Below are positions 9,159 through 18,692 of a stretch of DNA of 57,819 nt, piece after piece. The notes beneath the pieces were generated by a model. It was not told where the DNA came from. It searched no databases and was given only the letters and a program-made list of their open reading frames with translations. Every line of letters begins with the position of its first letter. Within the stretch, counting starts at the first letter, position 1. A program made the translations under genes and the position numbers. The stretch covers positions 1-57,819 of the forward strand of contig DAOSXE010000020.1 in assembly GCA_035380285.1 (NCBI GenBank), in the 5' to 3' direction. This stretch comes from a bacterium (GTDB lineage Bacteria > Auribacterota > Erginobacteria > Erginobacterales > DAOSXE01).

Positions 9159-11374
9159 GTCTCGGTTCCCGGACCCGCTTCTGGGTCCTCCTGATTTTTC
9201 TCGGCAACCTGGGCCTGCGCCTGGCCCTGGTCTCCTGGAATTACGCCACCTACACCGACAGCATCGACTACATGACCGCCCTCGACCGGGTGAGGGGGAC
9301 CATCATCCTCCCCGGTTATCCCTTCGCCGTCGACCTGCTCGAGCTTCTCACCGGCGATCCCCAACTGGCCGGGCGCCTGGTTTCGATCGTCTTCGCTTCC
9401 CTGTGCGTTTTTCCGCTCTACGGTCTGGGCCGGATCGTCTGCGGCCGGCGCGCCGGGCTTTTGACCGTGCTCTTCTACAGCGTTTCTCCGCTGCTTCTGC
9501 GCTGGTCGCTGCGGGTGTTCCCCCACGGAATGTACGCTTTCCTGGTGCTCGCCTTCCTCTACGGGATCTTCCGTTCCCTGGAGAGCGGTTCGGTCTGGTG
9601 GCTGGCGGCCGGCGTATTCTGCGGCGGCCTGGGCGTCGTAACCTATCCCACCGGCCTCATCCTGGTCCCCGTCGCCCTGGCGGCCGTGGCCGGCCACCTG
9701 TTCCGGACCGCGGCCCGGGAACGTTCCGGGCCGTACTGGTGGGCGGTTTTCCTGGGGGGCTGGGCGGCGCTCGGGGCCGCGTTCGCCGCTTTTCCGGCCT
9801 GGCGTTCGGCGCCCGAGGCCGCGCTGGCGTTTCTGCTGGGGATCTTTCCGTTGGGGCTCCCCGGTCCCGCCGCGCTCTGGCCGATTCTGCTGCTGGGCGC
9901 CGGCTGGGGGACGGCGCTTGTGGTCGTCTCCTACCTGCTGCCCGCCCGCGGCGGGCGCCCCGGCCGTTCCCTGAGGCGCCCCCTGGAGCTGCTGGCCCTG
10001 GCCGCCGCCTTCTCCGGCTACGCTTTCCTCCATGTCTGGCAGCGCTATCTTTCCATGAGCACCTGGTACCAGGAAGGGATGAAGAACTCCATGCGTTCGC
10101 TGTCCGGGCGCTGGGAGCAATGGCTGACGTATTATCTTCAGTCCTATCCGTACGTTCTCGTCTACCCCGTCGCCGCCTTGGCGTTGGTGGGCCTGGTCCT
10201 CGTCGCCCGGCGCGCCCGGAGAAGCGCGGTCGTCGCCGCCTGGCTCGTCTTCTTCATCTATTTTCTGGCCGGGGTTTTCTACACCCTGGTGGCGAACAAA
10301 TGGTGGACTCCCCGCTACCAGTACACCCTGGTCGCCGTTACCCTTCCTTTGGCCGGGTGCGGCCTTTCGGTCTTTTTCGATTCCCCCCGGCGCCTCCTGC
10401 GCGGCCTGGGTTGGGGGCTTCTCCTCCTTTCCCTGGGCGCCTCCGCGGTTTTCACGGCTTTCGTTCTCTACTGGTCTCGCGACAGTTTCGCCGACATCCG
10501 GCGCAGCGCCGACTATATCCGCGAGCACCTTTCCGGCCGCCGCGTCTACTCCAGCGAACTCCGCAAGGTGGGATGGTGGGCCCGGACCCCCGTACGGGGC
10601 TATACTTCCGGATCCCGGAGCTCGGTCCGTCCCGGCGATTATGTCCTCCTGGTCGGCTGGCACACCAACCTTGCCACCGAACTGCGCTACCTTTCCTCCC
10701 GGTATCCCCTCCGGGAAGTCCACCGCGAGACCGTAACCATCAGGGGGCTGCTCGCGGACGATATCGTCGACTGGGCCGGCCGGCGCCTCTCGCGCCGGGC
10801 CAACTCCCCGGTCTGCTGGGAAGAGAGGTTCCGCCCGCAGACCCTGGAGAGCCTGATCGTGGAAGTGCTCGATCCGGAAACGGGCGCGGGGCCCGACCAG
10901 GGGCGCCTCCTGCTCCCTGCCCCCGGCGACCTCCCGGTGGGAGGGGTCGAGCACGCCGACTACTTCGATTCCGGTTTCTGGGAGGTGTCCCCTCCGCCGG
11001 CCGCCGGAAGCGCGGTCGTGGTGGAGATGGCCCATGCCCGCCCCGGGGCCGAGGGGTCCTTCCGGATGGCGGCTTACGCCGACGAAGACGGAGACGGACT
11101 TCCCGACCGTCTCCTGGCCGAGTCCCCGCTGCTGGAGTCGGAACGAGCGGGCGAATGGTCCCGCTGGGAATTCACCTCCCCCGGGGGAAGAATTTTCGTG
11201 GGAAGCCGCTGGAGCCTGGGCAATTGGATCTACTACGAACGCGGCCGCTGGATCGACCAGCCTCTCGGGGAAGTGATGTTCTATTCCCGGGGAGGGGAAC
11301 CCCGCAACAAGGCCAACCCCATCGTCACCAACCTCAAGGTCTCCTTCGCCGCCGCCACGGCGCCGGCCCCCTGA
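9155..11374 (+). CDS. GT-C fold membrane glycosyltransferase, PMT_2/ArnT-like, with the locus-specific C-terminal domain
   Basis: The N-terminal loop NYATYTDSIDYMTALDRV is followed by FPLYGLGRIVCG, as in PMT_2. It has multiple TM helices. The C-terminal domain reads FRMAAYADEDGDGLPD...GEWSRWEF...IFVGSRW...VTNLKVSF. Confidence 0.65.
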   Translation: MSLGSRTRFWVLLIFLGNLGLRLALVSWNYATYTDSIDYMTALDRVRGTIILPGYPFAVDLLELLTGDPQLAGRLVSIVFASLCVFPLYGLGRIVCGRRAGLLTVLFYSVSPLLLRWSLRVFPHGMYAFLVLAFLYGIFRSLESGSVWWLAAGVFCGGLGVVTYPTGLILVPVALAAVAGHLFRTAARERSGPYWWAVFLGGWAALGAAFAAFPAWRSAPEAALAFLLGIFPLGLPGPAALWPILLLGAGWGTALVVVSYLLPARGGRPGRSLRRPLELLALAAAFSGYAFLHVWQRYLSMSTWYQEGMKNSMRSLSGRWEQWLTYYLQSYPYVLVYPVAALALVGLVLVARRARRSAVVAAWLVFFIYFLAGVFYTLVANKWWTPRYQYTLVAVTLPLAGCGLSVFFDSPRRLLRGLGWGLLLLSLGASAVFTAFVLYWSRDSFADIRRSADYIREHLSGRRVYSSELRKVGWWARTPVRGYTSGSRSSVRPGDYVLLVGWHTNLATELRYLSSRYPLREVHRETVTIRGLLADDIVDWAGRRLSRRANSPVCWEERFRPQTLESLIVEVLDPETGAGPDQGRLLLPAPGDLPVGGVEHADYFDSGFWEVSPPPAAGSAVVVEMAHARPGAEGSFRMAAYADEDGDGLPDRLLAESPLLESERAGEWSRWEFTSPGGRIFVGSRWSLGNWIYYERGRWIDQPLGEVMFYSRGGEPRNKANPIVTNLKVSFAAATAPAP

Positions 11375-11440
11375 TCTTTCCGGATCGGTCTTGGCGGAGC
11401 CCGGGGGGATGGGGTATGCTCGGAGCCGGGGAGGAAGGAC

Positions 11441-12085
11441 ATGACGCAAAACCCGAAAACTCGCCGTCCCGGCCGGGAGGCCGGCTGCGATCCGGTCCTC
11501 ATCAGCCGCCTGCTGGAGCTGATGGAGAACGAGATCGTCCCCCTCACCCGGCGGGAGGTGGCCCGGGGGAACAAGATCTTCGGGGCCGCGGTTCTGAAGA
11601 AAGGCGATCTCTCCACCGTGGTCGTCGGTTCCAACAACGAGATCGAAAACCCGCTCTGGCACGGCGAGGTTCACACCATCAAGCTGCTCTACGAACTGCC
11701 CCGGGACCTGCGTCCCCACCCCCGCGATCTGATATTTTTCTCCACGCACGAGCCGTGCCCGCTCTGCCTCTCCGCCATCGCCTGGGCCGGTTTCGACGTT
11801 TTCTATTACTTTTTCAGCCACGAGGATTCCCGGGATTCCTTCGGGATCGGGCACGACCTCGCCATCCTCAAGGAAGTTTTCAAGCAGGAGCCGGGAGGGT
11901 ACGCCCGGAGCAACCGGTATTGGACGGGGTACGGTCTCAAGGATCTTATCGCCGCCTGCGCCCGGGAGGACCGGGAGGCGTTCGCCGACCGGGTCGGCAG
12001 GCTGGAGGCCGATTACGAGCGGTTATCCGGGCTCTACCAGGCGAATAAAGCCCGGATCGACAGCAAGGATATCCCTCTGCGGTGA
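11441..12085 (+). CDS. CMP/dCMP-type zinc deaminase family protein (nucleoside deaminase)
   Basis: HGEVH...HEPCPLC is the zinc-binding H-x-E / PCxxC signature. An SD (GGAGGAAGG) precedes the start. Confidence 0.55.
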   Translation: MTQNPKTRRPGREAGCDPVLISRLLELMENEIVPLTRREVARGNKIFGAAVLKKGDLSTVVVGSNNEIENPLWHGEVHTIKLLYELPRDLRPHPRDLIFFSTHEPCPLCLSAIAWAGFDVFYYFFSHEDSRDSFGIGHDLAILKEVFKQEPGGYARSNRYWTGYGLKDLIAACAREDREAFADRVGRLEADYERLSGLYQANKARIDSKDIPLR

Positions 12086-12146
12086 TCCGCCGCGGGCCGG
12101 TTTCCGGTCCGGCGCCCGCGGGCGGGGCCGGGGGGAGGGAAGGGAC

Positions 12147-12530
12147 ATGGCGTTGAAGAATCTCCTGATCGTGGGACTGGGCGGGTTCGTCGGTTCGGTT
12201 CTCCGCTACTCGGTTTCGGGCTGGGTTCAGCGTCTGGCCCCCGAGGGATCTTTCCCCCTGGGCACCCTGGCCGTCAATGTGACGGGATGCCTGGTCCTGG
12301 GTTTTCTGGGGGGGCTGGCGGAGAACCTGGAGGTGTTCGCTCCCGGGACCCGGGTCTTCGTCTTTCTCGGCGTTCTGGGAGGCTTCACGACCTTTTCGTC
12401 CTTCGGTTACGAAACCGCGGCCATGCTCCGAGACGGCCAGATGCTGGGGGGGCTGGCCAACATCGGCCTCCAGGTACTGCTCGGCCTGGGCGCGGTCATG
12501 GCCGGTTACGGCCTGTCTACCCTGGAGTGA
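12147..12530 (+). CDS. crcB: Fluoride ion channel CrcB/FluC
   Basis: It is 127 aa with 4 TM helices and the diagnostic GGFTTFSSF motif. Confidence 0.85.
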   Translation: MALKNLLIVGLGGFVGSVLRYSVSGWVQRLAPEGSFPLGTLAVNVTGCLVLGFLGGLAENLEVFAPGTRVFVFLGVLGGFTTFSSFGYETAAMLRDGQMLGGLANIGLQVLLGLGAVMAGYGLSTLE

Positions 12531-12531
12531 G

Positions 12532-12885
12532 GTGAACGACATGTTTCCGGTGAACGGACGGCTTTTGCGGATTTTCGTGGGGGAGAGCGACCGGTACGAA
12601 GGAATGCCCCTCTACCAGTGGATCGTACGACGGGCGCGGGAATCGGGGTTGGCCGGAGTTACGGTACTTCGGGGTATGGAGGGTTTCGGCCCCGACAGCA
12701 GGATGCACACCGCCAGGATACTGAGGCTGGCCCAGGACCTGCCCATCGTGATCGAAATCATCGATACCCCCGAGAAGATCGCCTCCTTCGTCCCCGACGT
12801 CGACCGGGTCATCGCCGAAGGCTTGATGACCCTGGAAGAAGTGCAGGTGCGCTTTTACCGTGCCGGCGCCGCGGAAGGTGAGTGA
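12532..12885 (+). CDS. DUF190 family protein (commonly linked to crcB and fluoride response)
   Basis: MFPVNGRLLRIFVGESDRY..PLYQWIV is typical of DUF190. It is immediately downstream of crcB. An ATG at 12541 with a GAGGTG SD is an alternative start. Confidence 0.65.
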   Translation: MNDMFPVNGRLLRIFVGESDRYEGMPLYQWIVRRARESGLAGVTVLRGMEGFGPDSRMHTARILRLAQDLPIVIEIIDTPEKIASFVPDVDRVIAEGLMTLEEVQVRFYRAGAAEGE

Positions 12886-13015
12886 ACGGCGCCGGCCGCC
12901 GTGCGGTTACGGTTGCGGTCGGAGCTTCCGAGGTGATATTTTCATGGCTTAACGGCGGGATCGGATTCCGTGCCCGCCCGCACCCGGCCGGTACGGCGGG
13001 AAAGAGAGCGGCAAG

Positions 13016-13975
13016 ATGATCGAAGGCAAACGGATACTGCTCACCGGCGGCGCCGGTTTTATCGGGACCAACCTCTGCCGGGCCCTGGCCGACGCCAACC
13101 GGCTGGTGGTCTTCGACAACCAGCACCGCGACGCCATCCATTTCACCGCGCTGACCAGTCATCCCAACGTCACCTTCATCAAGGGCGACGTCCTCGACCC
13201 GGCTTCGGTCCGGCGGGCCATGGCCGGTTGTTCCCAGGTGATACATCTGGCCGCCATCGCCGGGATCGACACCGTCAACCGCCGCCCGACCGTGACCATG
13301 AACGTGAATATGCAGGGAACCCGCAACGTCCTGGAGGCGGCGGTGGAGGAGGGGGTGGAACGGCTGATCGATTTTTCCACCAGCGAAGTCTACGGTTCCT
13401 TCGTTTACAACGCCGACGAGGGCGATTCCACCATCCACGGCCGGGTGGGGGTGCTGCGCTGGATCTACGCCGTGAGCAAACTCGCCGCCGAGCATATGAC
13501 CCACTGTTACCACGAGGAGTACGGGCTCCCCACCGTCACCATCCGTCCCTTCAACGTCTACGGCCCCTACCAGGTGGGGGAGGGGGCGATCCAGCGGTTT
13601 TGCCTGGCCGCGCTCGCGGGCGAGCCTCTCTGGATCAACGGCGACGGCTCCCAGATCCGGGCGTGGTGCTACATCGACGACTTCGTCCGCGGGGTCCTGC
13701 TCTGTCTGGAAAAACCCGCGGCGCTGGGCGAGGTCTTCAACATCGGCAACCACACCGCGGCCGTGACCATCCTCGATCTGGCCGAGCGTATCATCCGCCT
13801 GGCCGGGTCCTCCTCGACGGTGAACCACCGCGACGAACTGGGAGCGGACGTGGCCCTGCGCATTCCCAGCACCCGCAAGGCCCGGGAACTGCTGGGGTTC
13901 GTTCCCGAGATCAAGCTGGACGAGGGTCTTCGGCGCACCATCGACTGGTACCGAGAGTACGCCCCCAGGTTGTGA
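13016..13975 (+). CDS. NAD-dependent epimerase/dehydratase (extended SDR; GalE/WbpP-like)
   Basis: It has the GGAGFIG Rossmann motif and the YAVSK catalytic YxxxK. Confidence 0.7.
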   Translation: MIEGKRILLTGGAGFIGTNLCRALADANRLVVFDNQHRDAIHFTALTSHPNVTFIKGDVLDPASVRRAMAGCSQVIHLAAIAGIDTVNRRPTVTMNVNMQGTRNVLEAAVEEGVERLIDFSTSEVYGSFVYNADEGDSTIHGRVGVLRWIYAVSKLAAEHMTHCYHEEYGLPTVTIRPFNVYGPYQVGEGAIQRFCLAALAGEPLWINGDGSQIRAWCYIDDFVRGVLLCLEKPAALGEVFNIGNHTAAVTILDLAERIIRLAGSSSTVNHRDELGADVALRIPSTRKARELLGFVPEIKLDEGLRRTIDWYREYAPRL

Positions 13976-13991
13976 AGCCGGAGACGCAGGG

Positions 13992-14933
13992 ATGAGAGTT
14001 CTGATCGCGGGGGCCAACGGCTTTGTCGGGCGCAATCTCCTGCTCGGGCTCGGCGCCGGCCGGGACCTCTACGGCGTCGATCTCGGCCCCGGACTGGAGG
14101 AGTTCGTTCGGCGACGGGGTCTGGCCGGGGTCAGGTGCGCCGCCTGCGACCTGGCCGATCGGGAAGCGGTCGCCGCCCTGGCCCGGGACTGGGGTGACGA
14201 CTTCGACGCGGTCGTCTACCTGGCGGGGAACGGAGACCCCGCCCGCTCCGTGGCCGACCCCGCCTTCGATCTGCGCAGCGCCCCCCTGAGCCTGGTCACC
14301 TTCCTTTCGGCATTCCGGGCCCGGCGGTTCGTTTATTTCTCCTCGGGCGCGGTGTACGACCGGATCCGGGGCGCGGTTTCGCCCCGGACCCCGGTCGAGC
14401 CCGTGCTCCCCTATGCGGTGGGGAAATACGCCTGCGAACGCTATATCCGCTTTTTTCGGGAACGGGAACGGATCGGAAGCTACGTCGTTCTGCGGTTCTT
14501 CGGCGCGTACGGCCCCTGGGAACCCGCCCGCAAGATCTACACCCGGCTCGTCCGCCGGTTCGCCCTGGAGCGCCGTCCCGACTTCGAAATCCGAGGGGAC
14601 GGCAGCAACCTCATCGACGCCATGTACGTCGAGGACGCCGTCCGGGCCGTGGGCCTGGTCCTCGATTCCGGGGTTGCCGATCGGACCGTGGATTTCTGCG
14701 TCGGGAGTCCGCTGACCCTCAGGGCCCTGGTCGAAACGGCGGCCCGCGAGTTCGGGCTCGAACCCGACCTCCGCTGCCGGGGAACCGTTCCCGAGTACAT
14801 CGAGTTCCGTCCGTCGCCCGAGGAGATGCGCGAACTTTTCGGTTTCAGGCCGGAGATCCCCCTGAACGAGGGGCTGCGCCGGTTGGCGGAACACCTGCGC
14901 GCGGCAACGTTTGGAGAAGAAAGCCATGTCTGA
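13992..14933 (+). CDS. NAD-dependent epimerase/dehydratase family protein
   Basis: GANGFVG and YAVGK are present. It is 313 aa. Confidence 0.65.
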   Translation: MRVLIAGANGFVGRNLLLGLGAGRDLYGVDLGPGLEEFVRRRGLAGVRCAACDLADREAVAALARDWGDDFDAVVYLAGNGDPARSVADPAFDLRSAPLSLVTFLSAFRARRFVYFSSGAVYDRIRGAVSPRTPVEPVLPYAVGKYACERYIRFFRERERIGSYVVLRFFGAYGPWEPARKIYTRLVRRFALERRPDFEIRGDGSNLIDAMYVEDAVRAVGLVLDSGVADRTVDFCVGSPLTLRALVETAAREFGLEPDLRCRGTVPEYIEFRPSPEEMRELFGFRPEIPLNEGLRRLAEHLRAATFGEESHV

Positions 14934-15873
14934 GAGGAAACGAAACGTTCTCGTCACCGGCGGGGCCGGATATGTCGGATCGGTGATGGTCGGCGAGTTC
15001 CTGCGCCGGGGCTTCCGGGTGACCGTACTCGACGACTTCCGCTTCAGCCGCACTTCGCTCCTGCACCTGGTGGGGGAACCGGGGTTGGAGGTGGTTCGAG
15101 GCGACGTCCGGGACCGGTCCCTGCTCAAGCCCCTGGTGGCGGCGGCGGACGTCATCGTCCCCCTCGCCGCGGTGGTCGGCGCCCCCGCCTGCTCCCTGCA
15201 TCCGGGGGAGGCCCGGAGCGTCAACACCGGGGCCGTTCGGCTCCTCAACGATCTGCGCAGCCGTTCCCAGCCGGTGCTTTTCCCGGTGACCAACAGCGGC
15301 TACGGGATCGGGGAGAAGGGGGTCTACTGCGACGAGAACACGCCGCTGCGGCCCATCTCCCTGTACGGGAAAACCAAGGTCGAAGCCGAGAAGCTGCTGA
15401 TGGACAAGGGGGGGGTCGTCGCTTTCCGGCTGGCCACCGCCTTCGGGGTTTCGCCCCGGATGCGGGTGGATCTGCTCGTCAACGATTTCACCTACCGGGC
15501 GGTAAAGGACCGGTGCGTGGTCCTTTTCGAGGAGCACTTCAAGCGCAACTATATCCACGTTCGGGATATCGCCCGCGCGTTCCTCTTCGGGCTCGAACGT
15601 TTCGGAACCATGAAGGACCAGGCGTATAACGTCGGTCTCAGCAACGCCAATCTTTCCAAGCTCGAGCTCTGCCGGGTGATCAAAAAGCACGTCCCCGAAT
15701 TGGTGATCATCACGTCCGACATCGGCCGCGACCCCGACCGCCGCGATTACATCGTCAGCAACGCCAAGATCGAGGCCGCCGGATTCAAGCCCCGCTATTC
15801 CCTCGACTACGGGATCCGCACCCTGATCAAAGCCTATGGCTTCATCAAGAACTCGATCTACGACAACCAGTGA
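14926..15873 (+). CDS. NAD-dependent epimerase/dehydratase family protein
   Basis: VTGGAGYVGS and YGKTK are present. The ATG at 14926 is preceded by GGAGAA and overlaps the upstream stop by 8 nt. The listed ORF start at 14911 is an alternative. Confidence 0.65.
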   Translation: MSERKRNVLVTGGAGYVGSVMVGEFLRRGFRVTVLDDFRFSRTSLLHLVGEPGLEVVRGDVRDRSLLKPLVAAADVIVPLAAVVGAPACSLHPGEARSVNTGAVRLLNDLRSRSQPVLFPVTNSGYGIGEKGVYCDENTPLRPISLYGKTKVEAEKLLMDKGGVVAFRLATAFGVSPRMRVDLLVNDFTYRAVKDRCVVLFEEHFKRNYIHVRDIARAFLFGLERFGTMKDQAYNVGLSNANLSKLELCRVIKKHVPELVIITSDIGRDPDRRDYIVSNAKIEAAGFKPRYSLDYGIRTLIKAYGFIKNSIYDNQ

Positions 15874-16832
15874 AAACCGCCGCCGATAGTTCCGCTCCCA
15901 TCCTGGTAACCGGAGCTTCCGGCTTCCTCGGCCGGCACATCGTCCCCGTTCTCAGGGAGCGGTACGGCGCCGACCGGGTGGTGGGCGTTTCCTCCTCGGA
16001 TTACGATCTGACCGAGCAGGACCAGGTCCGGGCCATGTACCGCGACATCGCCCCGGGACGGGTCGTAGCTCTGGCCGGCTACGTGGGCGGCATCGGCGCC
16101 AACCGCGACTACCCCGCCGACTTCTTCTACCGCAATATCGTCATGAACACCCTGACCATCCATGAAGGTTGGAGGGCGGGCGCGGAGAAACTCCTGGCGG
16201 TGATGGGGGGGTGCAGCTATTCGGCGACCGCCCCGTCCCCCCTCCGCGAGGAACAGATCTGGGACGGGTTCCCGGCGGCGGAGAGCGCCCCGTATTCCAT
16301 GGCCAAGAAGATGGGCCTGCTCCAGGCGGCCGCCTACCGCGCCCAGTACGGGTTCAACGCCGTCGTCCTCGTTCCCGGGAACGTCTACGGCGAATACGAC
16401 AACTTCGAGCTGGCCAACTCCCACGTCGTCCCGGCCATGATCAGGAAATTTCACGAGGCCGCCCTCCGCCGGGAACCGCGGGTCGTCCTCTGGGGCAGCG
16501 GATCCCCCACCCGGGACTTCGTCTACGCCGCCGACGTCGCCGGGCTCTTTCCCTGGTTCCTCGACCGTTACGACAGCTCCGAACCGGTGAACCTCTCCAC
16601 CGGGGTCTCCACCTCGATCCGGGAACTGGCGGTCCTGACCGCCGAACTGACCGGGTACCGGGGGGAGATCGTCTGGGACACCTCCCAGCCGGACGGGAAA
16701 AAGTACAAGATCTTCGCGGCCGACCGGCTCCACGGCCTGGGCCTTTCCTGTCCCACTCCGCTGCGGGAAGGCCTGGAGAAGACGGTGCGTTGGTTCGCCG
16801 AACACTACGGACGGGGGGACGTCCGGCTGTGA
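15870..16832 (+). CDS. fcl: GDP-L-fucose synthase (GDP-4-keto-6-deoxy-D-mannose 3,5-epimerase/4-reductase)
   Basis: GASGFLG, YSMAKK and the Fcl-type NVYGEYDNF..SHVVPAMIRKFHEA signature are present. The GTG start overlaps the upstream stop. Confidence 0.65.
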   Translation: MKTAADSSAPILVTGASGFLGRHIVPVLRERYGADRVVGVSSSDYDLTEQDQVRAMYRDIAPGRVVALAGYVGGIGANRDYPADFFYRNIVMNTLTIHEGWRAGAEKLLAVMGGCSYSATAPSPLREEQIWDGFPAAESAPYSMAKKMGLLQAAAYRAQYGFNAVVLVPGNVYGEYDNFELANSHVVPAMIRKFHEAALRREPRVVLWGSGSPTRDFVYAADVAGLFPWFLDRYDSSEPVNLSTGVSTSIRELAVLTAELTGYRGEIVWDTSQPDGKKYKIFAADRLHGLGLSCPTPLREGLEKTVRWFAEHYGRGDVRL

Positions 16833-17611
16833 AGGCCGTGGTCCTGGGGGGTAAGGGGTTCGTGGGCTCGGCCCTGGTCCGGGAAGCCGAGCGCCGGGAA
16901 ATCGAGTGCCTGGCCGTCGACCTCGACAATTACCGGGAGTGCCGGGGGACGGAGTGCGACCTCTTCATCAACGCCGCCGGCAACTCCCGCAAGTACCTGG
17001 CCGCCCGCGAGCCCGCCGAGGATTTCCGTATTTCCCTGGGAGGGCTGATCTCGTCTTTCGGGGATTTCCGGTTTTCCCATTACGTCTACATCTCCAGCGT
17101 CGACGTCTACCCCGACCCTTCCTCCCCCGCCCGAACCCGCGAGGAAGCCGTCATCGACGTCGCCTCCGTCTCCAACTACGGGCTCCATAAATACCTGGGA
17201 GAGCAGATGGTCAGGCACTACGCTTCCTCCTGGCTGATCCTGCGGCTGGGGGGGATCCTGGGGCCCGGCCTGAAGAAGAACCCGGTCTACGACCTCCTCC
17301 ATGGGATCCCGCTCCGGGTCTCCGAAGAGTCCCGCTACCAGTACCTCGACGCCGGTTTTTTCTCCGGTGCCGTCTTCGCCCTGGCGGCGGCCGGCCGATG
17401 GGGGGAGGTCTACAACGCCTGCGGACGGGGGACGGTGGCCCTGCGCGAAGTGCGCCGGATGCTGGATGCCCCCCCGGAGCCGGCACCGGCCTCCGTCCCC
17501 GTGGAGCACTACCGGATCAACAACGACAAACTGGGCGAGTTCACGGAAATACCGGCCACTGCCGACACCGTCCGGGATTTCATCGCCGCCAGGGAAGCGA
17601 GGCAGCCATGA
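16829..17611 (+). CDS. Short NAD(P)-dependent sugar epimerase/reductase (RmlD-like SDR)
   Basis: GGKGFVGSAL and YGLHK are present. The GTG at 16829 overlaps the fcl stop (GTGA). The N-terminal part of listed ORF 16169..17611 is out-of-frame readthrough of fcl. Confidence 0.5.
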   Translation: MKAVVLGGKGFVGSALVREAERREIECLAVDLDNYRECRGTECDLFINAAGNSRKYLAAREPAEDFRISLGGLISSFGDFRFSHYVYISSVDVYPDPSSPARTREEAVIDVASVSNYGLHKYLGEQMVRHYASSWLILRLGGILGPGLKKNPVYDLLHGIPLRVSEESRYQYLDAGFFSGAVFALAAAGRWGEVYNACGRGTVALREVRRMLDAPPEPAPASVPVEHYRINNDKLGEFTEIPATADTVRDFIAAREARQP

Positions 17612-18624
17612 TCATTTCCCAGACCCCGGTCAGGGTGAGTTTTTTCGGGGGAGGCACCGACTTCCCCGAGTATTTCGAGGAGCACCCCGCCGCGGTGCTC
17701 TCCACCACCATCGACAAATACGGCTACCTGACGGTCAGCTACCTCAGCGGTTTTTTCGACTATCGGATCAAGGCCTCGTATTCGCGGGCGGAGACCGTGG
17801 CCACGGTCGACGAACTCAAGCATCCGGCGATCAAGGCCTGCCTGCGGTTTCTGGGGATCGAGGAGAACATCGAGATCAACTACTTTTCCGACCTCCCGGC
17901 CCGGACCGGCCTGGGAACGTCATCGTCCTTCGTGGTCGGCCTCCTCAACGCGCTCTACGCCTACCAGGGCCGGCGGGTTTCGGCCGATCAACTGGCCCGG
18001 GAAGCCGTCTACGTCGAACGGGAACTGGTGGGGGAAAACGTGGGGCTCCAGGATCAGTACGCCGCCGCCTACGGAGGGCTCAACTACATCGGGTTCCACC
18101 CGGGACGGGTCGTCAAGATCGAGCCCATCATCTGCCCCCCGGAGACGATCGAGCTTCTCGACCGCAATCTCATGCTTTTCTACACCGGTATCCAGCGCTA
18201 TTCCGAAACCATCCAGCAGGAACACGTGGCCAGGATCGGATCCAACCTCGGCCACCTGGCCGACCTGGCGGCGCTGGCGCCGGCCGGAAGGGACCTGCTC
18301 GAGAGCCGCCGGCCCGACCTCAGGGAGTTCGGGCGCCTGCTCCACGAAAGCTGGCTTCTGAAAAAGTCCATGGGAAGCGGCGTCTCCATCCCCGAGATCG
18401 ACCGGATGTACGAGGCGGCCCGGAGCGCCGGCGCCTTGGGGGGAAAACTGCTGGGCGCCGGCGGCGGCGGCTTCCTCCTCCTCTACGTCGAGGAGCCCTG
18501 CCGCCCGGCGGTGAGAAAGGCCCTGGCCTCCAAGCTCGAAGTGACTTTCAATTTCGAGAGCAACGGGACCCACATCGTTTTTTACGACCCCCAGCGCCTG
18601 GCGCCTCCGCCGGACCCGGTCTGA
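17608..18624 (+). CDS. GHMP family sugar kinase (HddA/fucokinase-like)
   Basis: GLGTSSSFVVGLLNAL is the GHMP ATP-binding motif. The ATG overlaps the upstream stop (ATGA). Confidence 0.6.
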   Translation: MIISQTPVRVSFFGGGTDFPEYFEEHPAAVLSTTIDKYGYLTVSYLSGFFDYRIKASYSRAETVATVDELKHPAIKACLRFLGIEENIEINYFSDLPARTGLGTSSSFVVGLLNALYAYQGRRVSADQLAREAVYVERELVGENVGLQDQYAAAYGGLNYIGFHPGRVVKIEPIICPPETIELLDRNLMLFYTGIQRYSETIQQEHVARIGSNLGHLADLAALAPAGRDLLESRRPDLREFGRLLHESWLLKKSMGSGVSIPEIDRMYEAARSAGALGGKLLGAGGGGFLLLYVEEPCRPAVRKALASKLEVTFNFESNGTHIVFYDPQRLAPPPDPV

Positions 18625-18692
18625 CCCCGTCGCCTCCGCGGCGCAGATTAAAGGTGCAAAACGCCGCGGGCTTGTGTGATAATTCCCGACCC

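Noticed and set aside
11375-11440. A possible fluoride riboswitch upstream of the deaminase/crcB genes
   Set aside because: It contains GGGGGGATGG, but lacks the downstream CGCC pairing partner and the CUGAUGAUGCCUAC-type 3' element. It cannot be supported by eye.
8707-12048. A 1113-aa + ORF and a 928-aa - ORF (9068..11854) that cover the GT-C and deaminase genes
   Set aside because: These are Arg/Pro/Gly-rich low-complexity translations in alternative frames of genes that have clear TM-helix and family motifs. They are not coding.
12809-14035. A 408-aa minus ORF, and a 341-aa + ORF (12970..13995) in another frame
   Set aside because: Both overlap the epimerase at 13016..13975, which has the GGAGFIG/YxxxK motifs. 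Both are Arg/Gly-rich with no motifs.
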